64,000 nucleotides of DNA. It comes from Hydrolagus affinis (lineage: Eukaryota). Within the stretch, counting starts at the first letter, position 1, and each line of letters begins with the position of its first letter. This document shows positions 1 through 61,756 of this stretch, in pieces. The notes beneath the pieces were generated by a model that did no database searches, had not been told where the DNA came from, and worked only from the letters and a program-made list of their open reading frames with translations. Position numbers and translations under genes: made by a program. Location of the stretch: positions 1 through 64,000 of the forward strand of contig JAAILG010001293.1 in the NCBI GenBank assembly GCA_012026655.1, given 5' to 3'.

Positions 1-180
1 GGGGGAAATAGAGGGGAGAAAAGGGGGGGAAATAGAGGGGAGAAAAGGGGTGAATGTGATGGGAGAAGTGAGGATAGAGGGGAAATTGGAGGGGAGAATG
101 TGATGGAAAAGTGGGGATAGAGGGGAGAAAGGAGGAATGGGAGGCAGAACAGGAGACGTGGGGAATGGATTGGGAGAAAA
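1..180. repeat. Purine-rich low-complexity tandem repeat upstream of ARID1A
   Basis: GGGGGAAATAGAGGGGAGAAAA unit twice plus degenerate copies. Confidence 0.7.
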
Positions 181-601
181 GGCTGGGAATTTCGGGCGCT
201 CCAGCTCCCAGCCCCGTGGCGCGGCTCGGCTCCGCTCCGGGTTTTGCGGGCGCCGCTCCGCACAAGATGGGCAGTAGTTCTGGGAGACCGCGTGCGGCGC
301 GGGCCCGAGGCGCCGTTAGACGGGACTGGCGGCCTCGCCCAGCCATGCGGACACACACCGGCACACTGAGCGCCACCGCCGCCGTCTGAGCGCCATACGC
401 AAAGCCGAGGCCAGGGCCTCCGCCGAGGGAAAGGGCGAGGCGGCTGGGCTGGGCCGGGCCAGGCCGGGGTGGGGGGCGGGGGGTGGGGGGGGAAGAGAAG
501 AGAAGCCGGAGCAGAGTGAGGCCGGGGCCGGGCGGGACCTAGCGACACCGAGTGAGAGAAACGAGAGAGAGCGGAGGGGAGCGGGCGGGGGTGAGGGGAG
601 C

Positions 602-49744
<49,143 letters not shown>

Positions 49745-50721
49745 CAGCTGTTGGGGACCTGACCGTGTGTGTGCGTGAGTGGAGATCTTTGAATCGACTG
49801 TTTCTGTCCTTATTTATGCAAAAACCACCTCTCTTCCCAAAATCTGTCCCCACCCAACTCTTAACAATGGAAGGATATTGTAGTCATTTTGATCAAGTAC
49901 CGAGGAAAAAAAATTAATGTTTGCTGCCTGTGTAAGTCTGAAATGTTTTAACCAAAGTTGCTGTCTCGTTTACGGTGAGTTTGGGAGGCAGACGGTCCCC
50001 TGAAGCGCACCACTTTGAGGTTTTTATGGTAATTTTGGAAGCGAAGTGACTTGGAACTCCCGTGGTTCCGTGCTGTACTCTTGAGAGACGTAAGGAGCAC
50101 TGGAAGGTGCCTCGTGGGAAGCTCTGCTACGCCATTCAGGAGAAGGCCTGTGCAGTAGATCCTAGATGTATGTAACCCTCAATCAGCTGTAAACATGATG
50201 ATGTTTCACATTGAGAAACACTGGTTTGGCAGCAAACTGTAGTTTTAAACTTTTTAGTTTACAGTAAACGTGAAAAGCTTTCCCTCCCCCAAGTATCATG
50301 TGTATCTACAACACCCTGACCTCTTCCCCTTGACTGTATGAACTTCCCTGATTCACCTCCTAACTGGTTTGAACCTTCCGCTGCAGCCTGAGAGCTGTGA
50401 TGTATATAGAAGTTGTACATTACACATACCCTCTGATTTGGTGGTTTTTTTTCTTCTCCTGTAGAATGAGGTTTACAATTTTCATGACATGGTCAAGCGA
50501 GAAGTGACTATAGCTTTTATTTCCATCGGCCATATCTCCTCTGAGGGTGATGTACAAGTTTCTGTATGTATAAAGTTGTGCTCTGTTTCGAGGAGAGCAC
50601 GTGATCACGTTTTCCTTTATAATCAAGGTGTGGAAAAAAAAAGTTTAGATTCAGTTGAAGCTCACGAAAATGATGAAGAAACACAATTTGAGATTTTTCA
50701 ATGCTATAAAATCTGCATATT
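49745..50721 (+). other. ARID1A: ARID1A 3' UTR (runs into assembly gap)
   Basis: Follows the stop codon; non-repetitive; no AATAAA seen before the gap. Confidence 0.75.
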
Positions 50722-50872
50722 NNNNNNNNNNNNNNNNNNNNNNNNNNNNNNNNNNNNNNNNNNNNNNNNNNNNNNNNNNNNNNNNNNNNNNNNNNNNNNN
50801 NNNNNNNNNNNNNNNNNNNNNNNNNNNNNNNNNNNNNNNNNNNNNNNNNNNNNNNNNNNNNNNNNNNNNNNN
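50722..50872. other. Assembly gap (151 N)
   Basis: Run of N characters. Confidence 1.
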
Positions 50873-52634
50873 GCTTTCATTCATTTCTCACCTGTTTTGA
50901 AGGGATTATGGCCATAGGTAACTTGTTGGTAAACCTCCTATCATGTCAGTTCATGTACAGAATGGCAGGAAATGAAAACTGGGATCAGAATTATACCTTT
51001 TATCTGAACAGCTCTATTAAGCACCAGATTTCAAAAAGAAATTGGAGAAAATGATTGAGGTTAAGAATTGCAGATAATGAGGATGAATGTTAACTTCAAA
51101 ATGTATCGGCCCACATTTGGCAGAGGATCTCTACCATGGGACAGAGCCAAGTTTGTTAATAATCCGGTGAGTCTCTCCCTATCTGTAAAGCTGAAGAACT
51201 GATCAATATGGAATGAAATTTGCAATCAACATTTTCTTGTTCAACAGTAGATTTATTTCCAAATTAACGGAGAATTCAAATTTTACACTTGGTGAAAATT
51301 GGCAAGAAGAAAGTTTAGCATTTATAAATTGGATTTTACCATTTAAACCAAATCGGTACTCTTGTATTTTGTGTTGTGCCAACTTTGCTAGTCACTGTTG
51401 GCATGTTACCATCATTTGTGTGTCTTTGCCAAGGGTGGCTGCATGCAATGGAATGAAGCTGTATAAAAAATACTTAAGAAGAATTTTGTAACCTTTTTGA
51501 AACCAAGGAAAGTGGAGGCAGATGATCAATGAATTAATCATTGATTGGATCCTGTAATGCAATTGTATCCTCGACCTCTGTTGTTCAGAGACCCGTTTCT
51601 GCACCTCACTTGAGTATAGCACGTGGGTATTCTTGCACTTGGTCTCCGTGACTTAGTAAGCTGTTATAGTTTGTTTCTGGCATGCAACTGCTCCTTTGCT
51701 TAGACTCTAAACTGCTCTGAGTACTTGTGGCTTTGGCTTTAACCGATTTCTTTTGGAAAGCTGTGGTGTGTAAACCCTGATAACGATTCACCAACTGGAG
51801 AGGCAGCTCTGAGGTTCTGTTATGGTGAAAATGTCTCAAACTGAAGCTTACTGACTCACAAAGCAGTCGTCATTTTTCTGAGTGTGAAATCAAATAACTG
51901 CTGGTTTCTAAAATGAAATCATTCAGTTTAAGACTTCTCTTAGTGCTGTTGTATTTTGAGGGAATTTAATCTTAAAGAAAATTGTTTTTTTTAACAAAAA
52001 ACTTGCTTCTTGCTGGGTTTTGCTTCTGAAAATAAAGAGATTTCCAGAGAATAAAATGATTACTATTACAACTTGCATGCAGCTTTCACATAAAAGGAAT
52101 GTCTCAGAAGCGCAATTTATTAAAAATTAAGTTAGTTATATAAGCCAGTTAATTTTGTGGGTTTATGCTTGTGGAGACGCAATGCCTTTTGAGATGATTT
52201 GTGAAAGATCTGTGCACTCATTGAAAGTAACTGTTGCAGATGTTTGTTCTTCTGGAAACAAATGAATTCCAGAGCACCTTGATGGTTTGGTGGGTAAGTA
52301 CATGTGTAGGTTCAGGTGCTTAGTCACATTAAACAGAAGAGCTTGTGTTTGCTCAGAGGTCTACTTTGAGACTAGAAGCAGTGGGTACACAAGTGGAACA
52401 TAAACACTGGTATGGATGAGTTGGACCAAGTACCCCTTTCCCGCGGTATATTACATAAGATGATGCAGCATTGTGGATGATACTGTAGGCTTGGTGTTCT
52501 CTAGCTGGAGAAATCTATTAACTTCCTATTTTGGATCACTGTTGAATCTGCCATGTCAGGTTGGTGGGATTGCGTTTGACTGCGCTCCCAACTAACGATT
52601 CAAGCTTGACATGGTGTCAAGGCAAGGAACCACT

Positions 52635-52930
52635 GGCTCAGTCAGTAGTACTTTTCCACTGGGTTAGAAGGTTGTGAATTCAAGCCCCACATCTAGATAA
52701 GAGTGGAAAGTCTAGATTGACACTCTATTGCAGTACTGGGGAAGGCCACTCTGGCAGATTTTGTTCTTCAGATGAGATGTAAACTGAAGTTGCTTATTCA
52801 GGTGGACATAGATTTATTGGAAAAGAAAACGCAATTTCTCTTGGTGAGCTAGCCAACAATATTCCAAATATTTAATTACCCCATGGCTGTTTGTGGAACT
52901 TTGTTATAAAAACGGCAGAAACACTTAACT
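52635..52930 (+). mobile_element. Old Deu-domain SINE remnant
   Basis: GGCTCAGTCAGTAG..AGAAGGTTGTGAATTCAAGCCCCAC head; CAGATGAGATGTAAAC and GCTGTTTGTGGAAC segments. Confidence 0.55.
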
Positions 52931-52931
52931 A

Positions 52932-53663
52932 CAGTTGAACGTCAACAAGACCAAGGCCCTACTGATTGGCTCGCGCCAACTCCTTCTTGCATCAGGCGCT
53001 GGCTGCATCAACCTCCATGGTTGCACACTCAACCTCACCATGCCAGTCAGGAACCTAGGTGCCTTTCCCCACCTCCGCAACATTTCCCAACTCATTCATT
53101 ACCTCATCCCTAAAGTTATATCCCGGCTAAATTATGCAAATGCCTTGCTGGTCGGCCTCCCCATTTCCTTCCTCCGCAGGCTGTAGTTAATCCAAAACTC
53201 TGCAGCTCATGTCCTCTACCGTTCCAAACTCTGTGACCCCATCTCCCCCTTCCTTGCCCAACACCCAGAGGATCCAATTCAAGATCCTGGTCCTCACATA
53301 TAAAGCTCTCCACAACCTCGCCCCACCCTACATCCGTGATCTTTAATCCCCTTACCAACCTGCCTGCCTCCTCCGTTCAGTAGACTCTGGCCTGCTCTAT
53401 GTCGCCTGACCCACCCGCCCAACCATTGGGGGGCAAGCCTTCAGTCACACTGCCCCCAACCTCTGGAACTCCATCCCAAAGTTCCTCCACCTCTTACCCT
53501 CCCTAGCCTCCTTCAAGTCTCGCCTCAAGACTCTCTGATGGTCCCATCGGCGACTCCTCCCCCCACCCCATATCCCCGGCCTTAGCTTGGGTCTGAAGCA
53601 GTAACCTGTCCAGCGCCTTGGGACGTCCTTCTGACATGAAAGGCGCTATACAAATGTAATGTT
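52932..53663 (+). mobile_element. L2 LINE 3' portion (ORF2 C-terminus plus tail)
   Basis: LNVNKTKALLIGSRQL, SRLNYANALLVGLP, LIQNSAAHVL motifs; tail CAGCGCCTTGGGACGTCC...GAAAGGCGCTATACAAATGT. Confidence 0.8.
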
Positions 53664-53793
53664 CTGACGAAGGGTTGTAGACCTGAAACGTTGACTCTTT
53701 TTCCTTTCTCCATGGATGCTGCCTGACCTGCTGAGTTTCCCCAGCAACTTTTGTTTTTGTTTCATCCCAGCATCTGTAGTATTTTGTGATTTG
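53664..53793 (+). mobile_element. Penelope-type short insertion carrying a minimal hammerhead-like motif
   Basis: Perfect 14-bp TSD ACAAATGTAATGTT (53650-53663, 53794-53807); matches arms of the element at 4383-4629; starts CTGACGA...GAAACGTT. Confidence 0.75.
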
Positions 53794-55317
53794 ACAAATG
53801 TAATGTTGTTAACTACAGAACAACCATCTTCACTTGACTGTATTAAACTGAATGAAGTGCTTTCAAGGTGTTTCAATGCAATAAAATGCTATAAAAACGT
53901 AAGTTTTGTTTTACCTCCGTGGAAGGGGGCAGGAAGAGAGAACTGAGCATTGCTGATTGCCTCTGCTTTCCCACCTGTTATTGGTTGCGACACTGCTGTG
54001 CTTGTATGAGGAAGACTAACCACTGAATGGCAAACTGCTTTCAAGTCCCATCAGTGTATTTACTCTCTGTTTGGGTACTGAGTGCTATTCTGCTGTTACC
54101 ATTGTGTTTTTTCTTAGCTGAGTAACGAGATATTTAGGCTTTGGCTCCTCTCAAGTGTTTAAGTGGATGTATTACTTCAATAAATGTACCTACATAGTCT
54201 AGGCTAAATTTGCTTTCCCAGCTGAGTGGCAGCAATACTGACCTAATGTTAAAAGCCAGGACCATTCTCAGCTTATTTGAACAAGGCTGTAGCAGTATTT
54301 GCTGTTAAGTGAAATGACAGGGAAATCTGGCCCAGCAAAGTCCCATGAATTGTCATTGTTCCAACAGCGCTGGCCGTGCTTTCAGCCAATACATCCCGGA
54401 ACCTTGCCTTCTCTTCCGCATTTATTTAAGGCCTTGATCTCCAACTGTTCTACAGTTTTTCCCCGCTTAGTGCCAGGCTTTGTTCTACGCTCTGACAAGC
54501 TACCTCGCGTGAAGGGTGCTGTATAAATGCAAATTGTTAGGTGAATAACCAATTTATGATGACAATTGTTGGCTGGACAGGGCTAGATCTTTCAGTCCAC
54601 TTGGACAGATAGACCCAGAACAGTACTGGGCAGATAAGTACCTCAGTTGACATTGAGTTGAAAGCACAACCTTCTGACCCAAAGGTTACCACAACACAAG
54701 ACGAGTGGAAAATACTGTTAATGCTTTGCTGTGGTAGGCACTTTTTTCTGTATTCATCCCAATTGAGCATCGTAGGAATCGGTTCTTCCATTTGCTTGTG
54801 AGGTGAGATGTCCAAATTCAGAACATCTCCGGGAACATTTAAAGAATGCCATGACCTCCAGTTTACCTTATATCATCCGACAGCTGCGATAAGATGCCAC
54901 GTTCTGTCTGCCAGCAGCATTATGGCAACGTGTGTGGGCGGGGGGGGGGGGTTAAGTTCTTTACAGGCGGGTGGATGATTGTCTTGGGAGTGTGGGCGAC
55001 TGGCGGGAGGTGGAATAACACAGGCAGCAGGAACTGAGGGACAGGAATCTGCTCCCTGAGTAATATGGAATATCCCAAACCAGGAAGCGTGTGTCAGTGA
55101 GGCCGGGGGACCCGCTAACAGGTAGGTTGGGCTGTTAGTATGTTTTCTTTCGCGTTCACTTGTGACCTCGGCGCCCTGTCCTGTGATGTACATATTCTCT
55201 TTTTTTTAAAAAAATGTTTCTTTCATGAGACCTTGACAGTCCCCAGGCTAATCCTTCAGGGTTTAATCAGCTCAGCAAAATAAAAACAGCAATCTGCTGT
55301 TGTAGAGCGGGAAAGTC

Positions 55318-55540
55318 ATCTCTCCTCCCATTCATGTCCTCCTCTCCTCCCCCATTCATCATCTCCTTGTCTTCCCCCACCCCCGATCTCCCTCCACCAC
55401 CCTCCTTTTCCCCATCCCTTCATCCACTCCCACCTCCCTTCATCTCCTCACACCCCACCCCCTTCATCTCCTCACACCCCACCCCCTTCATTTCCTCTCC
55501 CCACCCCCTTTTCACCTCTCTCCCTCCCGCCTCCCTCTCT
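55318..55540. repeat. Pyrimidine-rich low-complexity tract with a 21-bp tandem unit
   Basis: CCCTTCATCTCCTCACACCCCA repeated 2-3 times within a C/T-rich tract. Confidence 0.7.
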
Positions 55541-55860
55541 CGGCTGCGGCCTTTACATCCTGCGAGTCCCCGCATTTGTTTATTGAGCAGCTAACGTCAA
55601 GTCAAGTGTCGCAGGAAGCGATTGGTAGGCGACGTGCCCGGCCTGCGGCGCCATTGCTGAGGGCTGGGCGGGGGGGGATGGGAGAGGGAGGAGACGCGGG
55701 AACAGGACGTGTTTCCATAGCGATGCAGAGGCGGGTGCCGCGGGGGTTTTTTTAAAAGCGGAAGTGGCAGTTGGTCGGTGTGGGGGGGCGGTCGCGCGCC
55801 AGGTCAGCTAGCCACTGCGCGCGCAGTCAGTGAACGCCGTTGCCGCCATTTTGAGCTTCA
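55540..55860 (+). promoter_or_regulatory. PIGV: PIGV CpG-island promoter and probable non-coding exon 1 (donor CAG|gtcagc at 55802)
   Basis: CpG-rich; ATTGG at 55621; GC box; RFX-like GTTTCCATAGCGAT 55711-55724; ETS GCGGAAGTG 55758-55766; YY1 GCCGCCATTTTG 55843-55853. Confidence 0.7.
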
Positions 55861-56803
55861 GATCAGGCAAAGGCACAGCCAGAGCAGATTTAAATGGTTA
55901 GATTAATGATTAGATTAATAAACCTAAATTAACTCCCGCTCCACCCTCACTACCCCCCCCACATGAATGGCCTCTGATGGTATTTTAAATCTTGACGTGA
56001 GGTTTTAAAAAACAACAGATTGCAGTTGTACAGCGCCTTTCACGTCAGATGGAAGGACGTCCTGAGGCGTTGGACAGTCAATAAACCGCACCCGAGCTGG
56101 TGGTGGTTGAGATCAGGAGGGAGTGGAGAGGGTAGGAGGGTGACCGAAGGCCTGGTTATCAGCAGGGCCTTTTGACGGATAACCTTTTGAGCCTGGACAC
56201 ATTCTCGGCTTCCATGAATATTTCCATTGAACACATCCCATTGAACAAACAGCAAATACAATCAATCAGCCCTTCTCCCACACTAATTGAAGGCTGAGCT
56301 GGTAGAACTGTGCCAGATTCCCAGTGCAGAGACTGCACTGTACACCCATTGGTTGCATTGGCTGTGACAAGTCACTACTTAAATATCTGTCGAATGTTTT
56401 TAGTTGATTAATTGTCTTGGATCTTGGTCTCACCCAGTCTGACTGGACTGATACCTGGACTCGGGCCGGTAATGTATCTATGAGCGAATCTGACTTGGGC
56501 TGGGAGTGAGGCAGTGAGTCTGCAGATTATCTCAACTGAAATGGTCTGCCATGAGGATGCAGGTGTTGAGCTGCACCATATGCGTCTGCTGGAGGCAGGA
56601 ATTCCAATTGGACCCCAGCCGTAGGTAGTAAATAAAGCAAATAAATGACTGCATGTAATGCCTCAGTGCCTACACTTTGCGTCCCCTGTGGGTTGAACCA
56701 AGTGGCTTGTGCTGTACAGTAACTAAGTCCTCTGCAATCTGTCTCCTTTCAGGTGTCCTAGCATCATAAAGAGGTGGAGTGCCTTATCCAGTCACTTTGC
56801 CGG

Positions 56804-56875
56804 ATGGAAGTTTACGGCATTCGGAGTGTGATGCTCTTTGCTTTGTACTCCAGAATCCTCACTGTCCTCTTGCAG
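56804..56875 (+). CDS. PIGV: PIGV first coding exon (exon begins at acceptor 56753)
   Basis: MEVYGIRSVMLFALYSRILTVLLQ|gtcagt resembles the human N-terminus ...RILTLMLQ; phase 0. Confidence 0.85.
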
Positions 56876-58102
56876 GTCAGTTCTAAGCATGTATCAATGC
56901 TGCAAATGCTTCCAATGTATAATATACTTGTGGCCTGAATCATAGCTTGTATGTTTCTAATGCCTGGCCCTTAGGTCAAATTAGTGCCACACCACTTGTA
57001 TTCCTGCCGTTCAGAGACTTCAGATGTGATGCTTAACATGCATAACCATTTCTCCCTGAACACTACACTTTTCTTCCCTGCATTTAGGCACAACCCAGTT
57101 GTGCTTGTACCATTGTCTTTGTGTGCTTCCTACCCTCCCACTCCCCTGTTTTACATAGCTCAATAATAGTTTTTTCCAGATCTTATGGTGCAAATATTGG
57201 TTGAATTGTTTTCCTGGGAGCTGGGTGAGTAATTGTGTGTTATAGCGCTATGTTACACAGCTGAACTTGAGTACAGGTTCCAACCTGGGCTGGTTTGTTG
57301 ATCATAGTTGATACGGCAGTTGGCCACAGAACCCTGGGCCTGAAGAGTGAAAACTAGTCCTGGTTCTGTGTTCCTAATCTCTATGATTCTCTATTGGAAT
57401 ATATGTGTGTGTTGGATGAGATCAGTATCAGGACTGAGTTCCCTGTGGTTTAGTAATCTGCTGGCTGACTTACTGTCTGACTGAACTCGTACGTGAAGAA
57501 TGTTCACCTGGGAAGGCAACTGAGGATATCCGTGGAATTAATTGTCCCCAGTAGAAGGGAGTCAGAATTTGCTCAATAGAGAACATTTTGTGTTTTAAAA
57601 ATTCTGTATTTGTTGTAAAGTATGGTTGAGGGTGAGTGGAGGAAGCAAAAGATTACAGAGGGGAAGTGATTCTGTGTGCAGCAGCTTTGTGCTGAGTGAG
57701 CTGCAGAGGAGGTTTCTGATATCTGCCACTTCTCTGTATGTGTGCATCTGTGACTGGATGAGATCACTGCCGGCGAGAAGACTGGGAGTTGTTCTGACTG
57801 CTCCCGGGATTAGCAGCTGCTGCTTCAGTTTAATTTCCTGGCAATTAAAATTTTAATTGATTAATTATTTGTATTAAAGAGCGCTGCCCCATCAGGAATG
57901 CAGTGCCCTTGCTGTCAAGGGTACACCTTGGGTTGAATTTCCCGGCAGTAATGTGTGATATTCTCAGGATGATTTGGATATATCCTGTGCCTCATGGGCC
58001 GATGTTTCAGGTGCCCGTCGCTGCCCCACTTTGTGGGGGCGGTGGGGGGTGGATGCATTAGGTAATGATAGGGATGTTAATGCATTAATTTTTCTGTTCT
58101 AG

Positions 58103-59275
58103 GTTCTGTTTAATTCCCTCATTCCCGACCACACTGCCGATGCCTTCAGTCCACCCCAGATCCACAATTTCACATTGGGAGATGTGATAGTGCAAACCCT
58201 GCTCAGCGGGTTTTCCCGCTGGGATGCACAGCACTTTCTGTTCATTGCGGAGTTTGGCTATGTCTATGAGCACAACTTTGCCTTCCTGCCCTTGTTTCCA
58301 GTGTGCATGCGGATAGTGGCGGAAACTCTTGCCTCACCATGCGCGGCGTGGCTCAGTCTCCACAGTCGCCTGCTGCTCTCAGGCGTGCTGCTAAACATGG
58401 CTCTGTTTACGCTGGCAGCTGGAGTCCTGTACAAGCTGAGTTGTGCGGTGCTGAAGGACAACAGCACGGCCACCCTTGCCAGCTTGCTCTTTTGCCTGAC
58501 TCCGGTTGGTGTCTTCATGTCAGCTGCTTACTCGGAAAGTATGTTTGTGCTGCTGGCACTGGTGGGGATGTGGCAGCTGGAGATGGGACGGTCAGTGCTG
58601 GGCTGTGTATTTTTTGCTTTGGCCACAGCCACGCGCTCCAATGGGACGGTGAACGCTGGATTCCTCATTTACTTGGAGTTGAAGCGCAGTGTGAAGCACC
58701 TGAGGTCGGTGATGAAGTTGGCAGTGAATGGACCTCAGACATGGTGTTGGCTCCATGCAGCTGCTCAGTCAGTGCTGATAGTGGCTGGGGGCACGATCGC
58801 AATCGTAGCACCCTTTGCACTCTTCCAGTATTATGGCTACCTGACTTTCTGCACACCAGCTGTGACCCCAGGGCAGGACATCCCTCAGACTCTATTACAG
58901 CTCGCCAGGGAGAAGGGCTACAGGATCCGCAATACAGACGTGGCACTGCCGACTTGGTGCTCTCACCGCTTCCCCCTGATCTACTCCTACATCCAAAAAG
59001 TGTACTGGAATCTGGGCTTCCTGAAATATTACCAACTGCGACAGCTGCCCAACTTCCTGTTGGCGCTGCCCGCTGCCCTTCTGGGTGGGTGGGCTGCCTG
59101 GCAATATGTGGCAGCTGATTTCTGGTATTGTGCGCGGCTGGGACTGGTCAGCAAGAGGAGAACGGAGGAGGGAGAGAAGAAGCCAACAAACGGGTTTCAC
59201 AGCCCAGGGGTGTTTGTCTATCTCGTGCACATGACGGGGCTGCTTGCATTTGCCGTGTGCTTCATGCACATTCAG
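58103..59275 (+). CDS. PIGV: PIGV (GPI mannosyltransferase 2) main coding exon
   Basis: ttctag|VLFNSLIPDH..AFSPP, SRWDAQHFLFIAEFGY.YEHNFAF, YSES, RSNG, YSYIQ..YWN.GFLKYY, QLPNFLLA, FMHIQ|gtaaga; multiple TM segments. Confidence 0.95.
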
Positions 59276-59711
59276 GTAAGACCAAGGCACATGGCAGTGA
59301 CTGACTGTCCAGCAATTGACTCCAATTGCAGCTGACACAGCAGCTGGCTAACATTTGGCTTCAGAGTTACAGTATCAGAATGGGAAAATCAGTCAGGGTG
59401 CTCGCTCCTGATACCTATTCTGAGACTATTGCCAAAAGATGCTTGTGGATATCTGGGTCTTGTTCCCCCAGGTCTATTAACCCAATAACATTCATTGTGA
59501 CAATTCACTGTCAGTACTTTGGCAATGTACCAGAGGCAACTGCTTCTATTTCCCAGTAAAAAGTAAGTCGGTGCTTTTCAAGATGGGTGGAAGTACACCT
59601 CATGCAGCGCTGCTAATACTAGGTAAAGACTGAGCTGAAGAGGTGGAGCTTCCTGCGTGTGGTTTGATTTCCTTTAGAGGGTGCATTAACCTCTATCTTC
59701 CTTATGTGCAG

Positions 59712-59972
59712 GTTTTGACAAGGTTCCTGGCCTCATCATCTCCTGTCCTGTATTGGTTCTGTGCTCATCTGATTCAGAAAGCGGAGGCTGAACATGTCTC
59801 GCAGGGCATTGTTGCTGCCCCCACTCTCCTCATGCTCCCCAAAAACCTCCTGACAGAACTGTTTCTGGACTGGAGAAAGCGAAGCCCAACCACTCGCTGG
59901 CTTCTGACTTACTTCCTGTTGTACTGGCTCCTTGGCCTCTTACTGCATTGTAACTTCCTCCCATGGACATGA
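59712..59972 (+). CDS. PIGV: PIGV last coding exon
   Basis: gtgcag|VLTRFLASSSPVLYW...LLHCNFLPWT TGA; total protein ~501 aa. Confidence 0.95.
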   Translation, partial: VLTRFLASSSPVLYWFCAHLIQKAEAEHVSQGIVAAPTLLMLPKNLLTELFLDWRKRSPTTRWLLTYFLLYWLLGLLLHCNFLPWT

Positions 59973-60251
59973 GCCTCAGAGTGTTTCAGACATTCATTTG
60001 CTCAATATGTTCCATTCCACTCCCAGGACTGTGTGTGGGAAAGGCTCAGTGCTCTTGGCTGTGTGTGGGTTCAGTTCTACAACAACAACAAAATTACTTT
60101 TATGGAGCGCCTTTCACGTCGGGCGAACATCCCAAGGCGCTGGTGCTGTCTGTGGGCAGGTTGGTGGTTGGATTCGAGACCTGGGTGGCGCACATTAACT
60201 TACTGCAGAATGATTTATGTATTTGAAGAGATGGAGTAAATAAGTAATGGT

Positions 60252-60257
60252 AATAAA
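60252..60257 (+). other. Candidate PIGV polyadenylation signal AATAAA
   Basis: First AATAAA seen, ~280 nt after the stop. Confidence 0.5.
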
Positions 60258-61378
60258 AAGTTCCCTTGCCGCTTCTGTCGCTGCTGTTGGGAAGAGCCTT
60301 CACGTCCATCTGCCTCTTATCTGACTGACAATCCCACGGGAATAACTGGGACTGCCACAAACAGTGTTCGGGTATGGGTGGATACATGTACACATTTATC
60401 CAAAGCTGGGCCAGACTTAATGTCTGAGTTACCATTCGAACAGGAGCTATTCAACCTCCCAACTGTGATTGCTTGTAATAGGGTGTTGCTGATTAGGGAA
60501 AGGAAAATTAAAATGAGAGCAGGGCAATCTGCTAATACTGGTACTGATTACACTGAGGTATTGATGGCCAGAGGTGCTTGCTCACAGTATAAAGTGAAGG
60601 GCGTCGCCCAGCAGAATTCTGCAGCTTCCACAGCAGGGAAGGAGGGAAATTGTATGAGGGACCGGGACACACTACACTAACACCCAGAGCTTCACAGCAC
60701 TCCAGGGCACAGCTCCTCTCTACAGAAAACTGATTTTTCTTCTAGCTTATTATGAGCATTGCTAGCAGCACTCGGTCATTTGGCCCAGGAAATTCCACTA
60801 TAAACTCAGCCGAGATTACATCTCTTATCCATTTGCACCACAGTCTTGAGTAAATCTGGACAAGCAGGTTATGTGACTGGCCACATGGTTTACACTGGGA
60901 TTGCAATGAGTCACCACTTTACACCAATGAGTTTAGTCTGTTGAAACTGCAGATTGCACCAAATGTGATTTACAGCTGTGATAGTAATGGGGAACACAAA
61001 GCGAGAGTGCCCTCTGGTGTGGAGATGCCTTGTTTTTTGGTACCAATCACTCACTATGCAGCATGATTTCATAATGTTAGTGTTTGAATATTTGATGGGA
61101 CAAGAGTAGGATTTAAAACCAATGTGCACTCATGCCTTGCAAGATCAAATTCAAGTACTATTATTTTAGTGTTCAATGAGATTCAAATAAGAATGATATA
61201 AGTACAGCTGAATGCAGAGATGTGTTTTAACAACACAGTAGTGCTGGGAGCTTCTCTGTACTGACTCACCAGCCATGCTTGATTTGATCACTCTCCCCCT
61301 TCCCTACAGAAACAGAGAGACAGACTCTATCAGCCTGATGGCAGTGCACAACAGAAACAATCTTTTGTATTTTTAGTG

Positions 61379-61756
61379 TATAATAATAATCTTTGCATTT
61401 GATATATAGTGCCTTATCACGTTTTCAAGATGTCTCAAAGCACTTCACAGAATACACTTAAGTATACTGTAAAATGAATTGACTATATATTTTGTGGATG
61501 AAACACGGCAGCCAATTGCACCAGGAGTGTCCCACAAATAGTTGTGGATTGAAGTGACTAATTTTTTTAAGGCATTATTACCCCCAGAAAAGTAATCCAC
61601 CAAATGACTAACAATCGGGCTCCCAGTTACTGCTAGGTAAACAGAGATGTGTGGTGGAGTAAGGAAACTTTCCCAACATTTCACCTTGCTGGGAATCAAA
61701 CCCAGGTTCTCTCATCTGTGAGGCGATTGCTCTAACCACTGAGCTACAGGACTCCA
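61379..61756 (-). mobile_element. tRNA-derived SINE, near full length
   Basis: Reverse complement of the same family; head GGAGTCCTGTAGCTCAGTGGTTAGAGCA, (ATT)n tail. Confidence 0.85.

Noticed and set aside
50489-50917. ORFs spanning the N-run
   Set aside because: Artefacts of the assembly gap
58303-59118. 271-aa alternate-frame ORF inside the PIGV main exon
   Set aside because: Off-frame shadow of coding sequence with no independent start evidence; cannot be supported without conservation data
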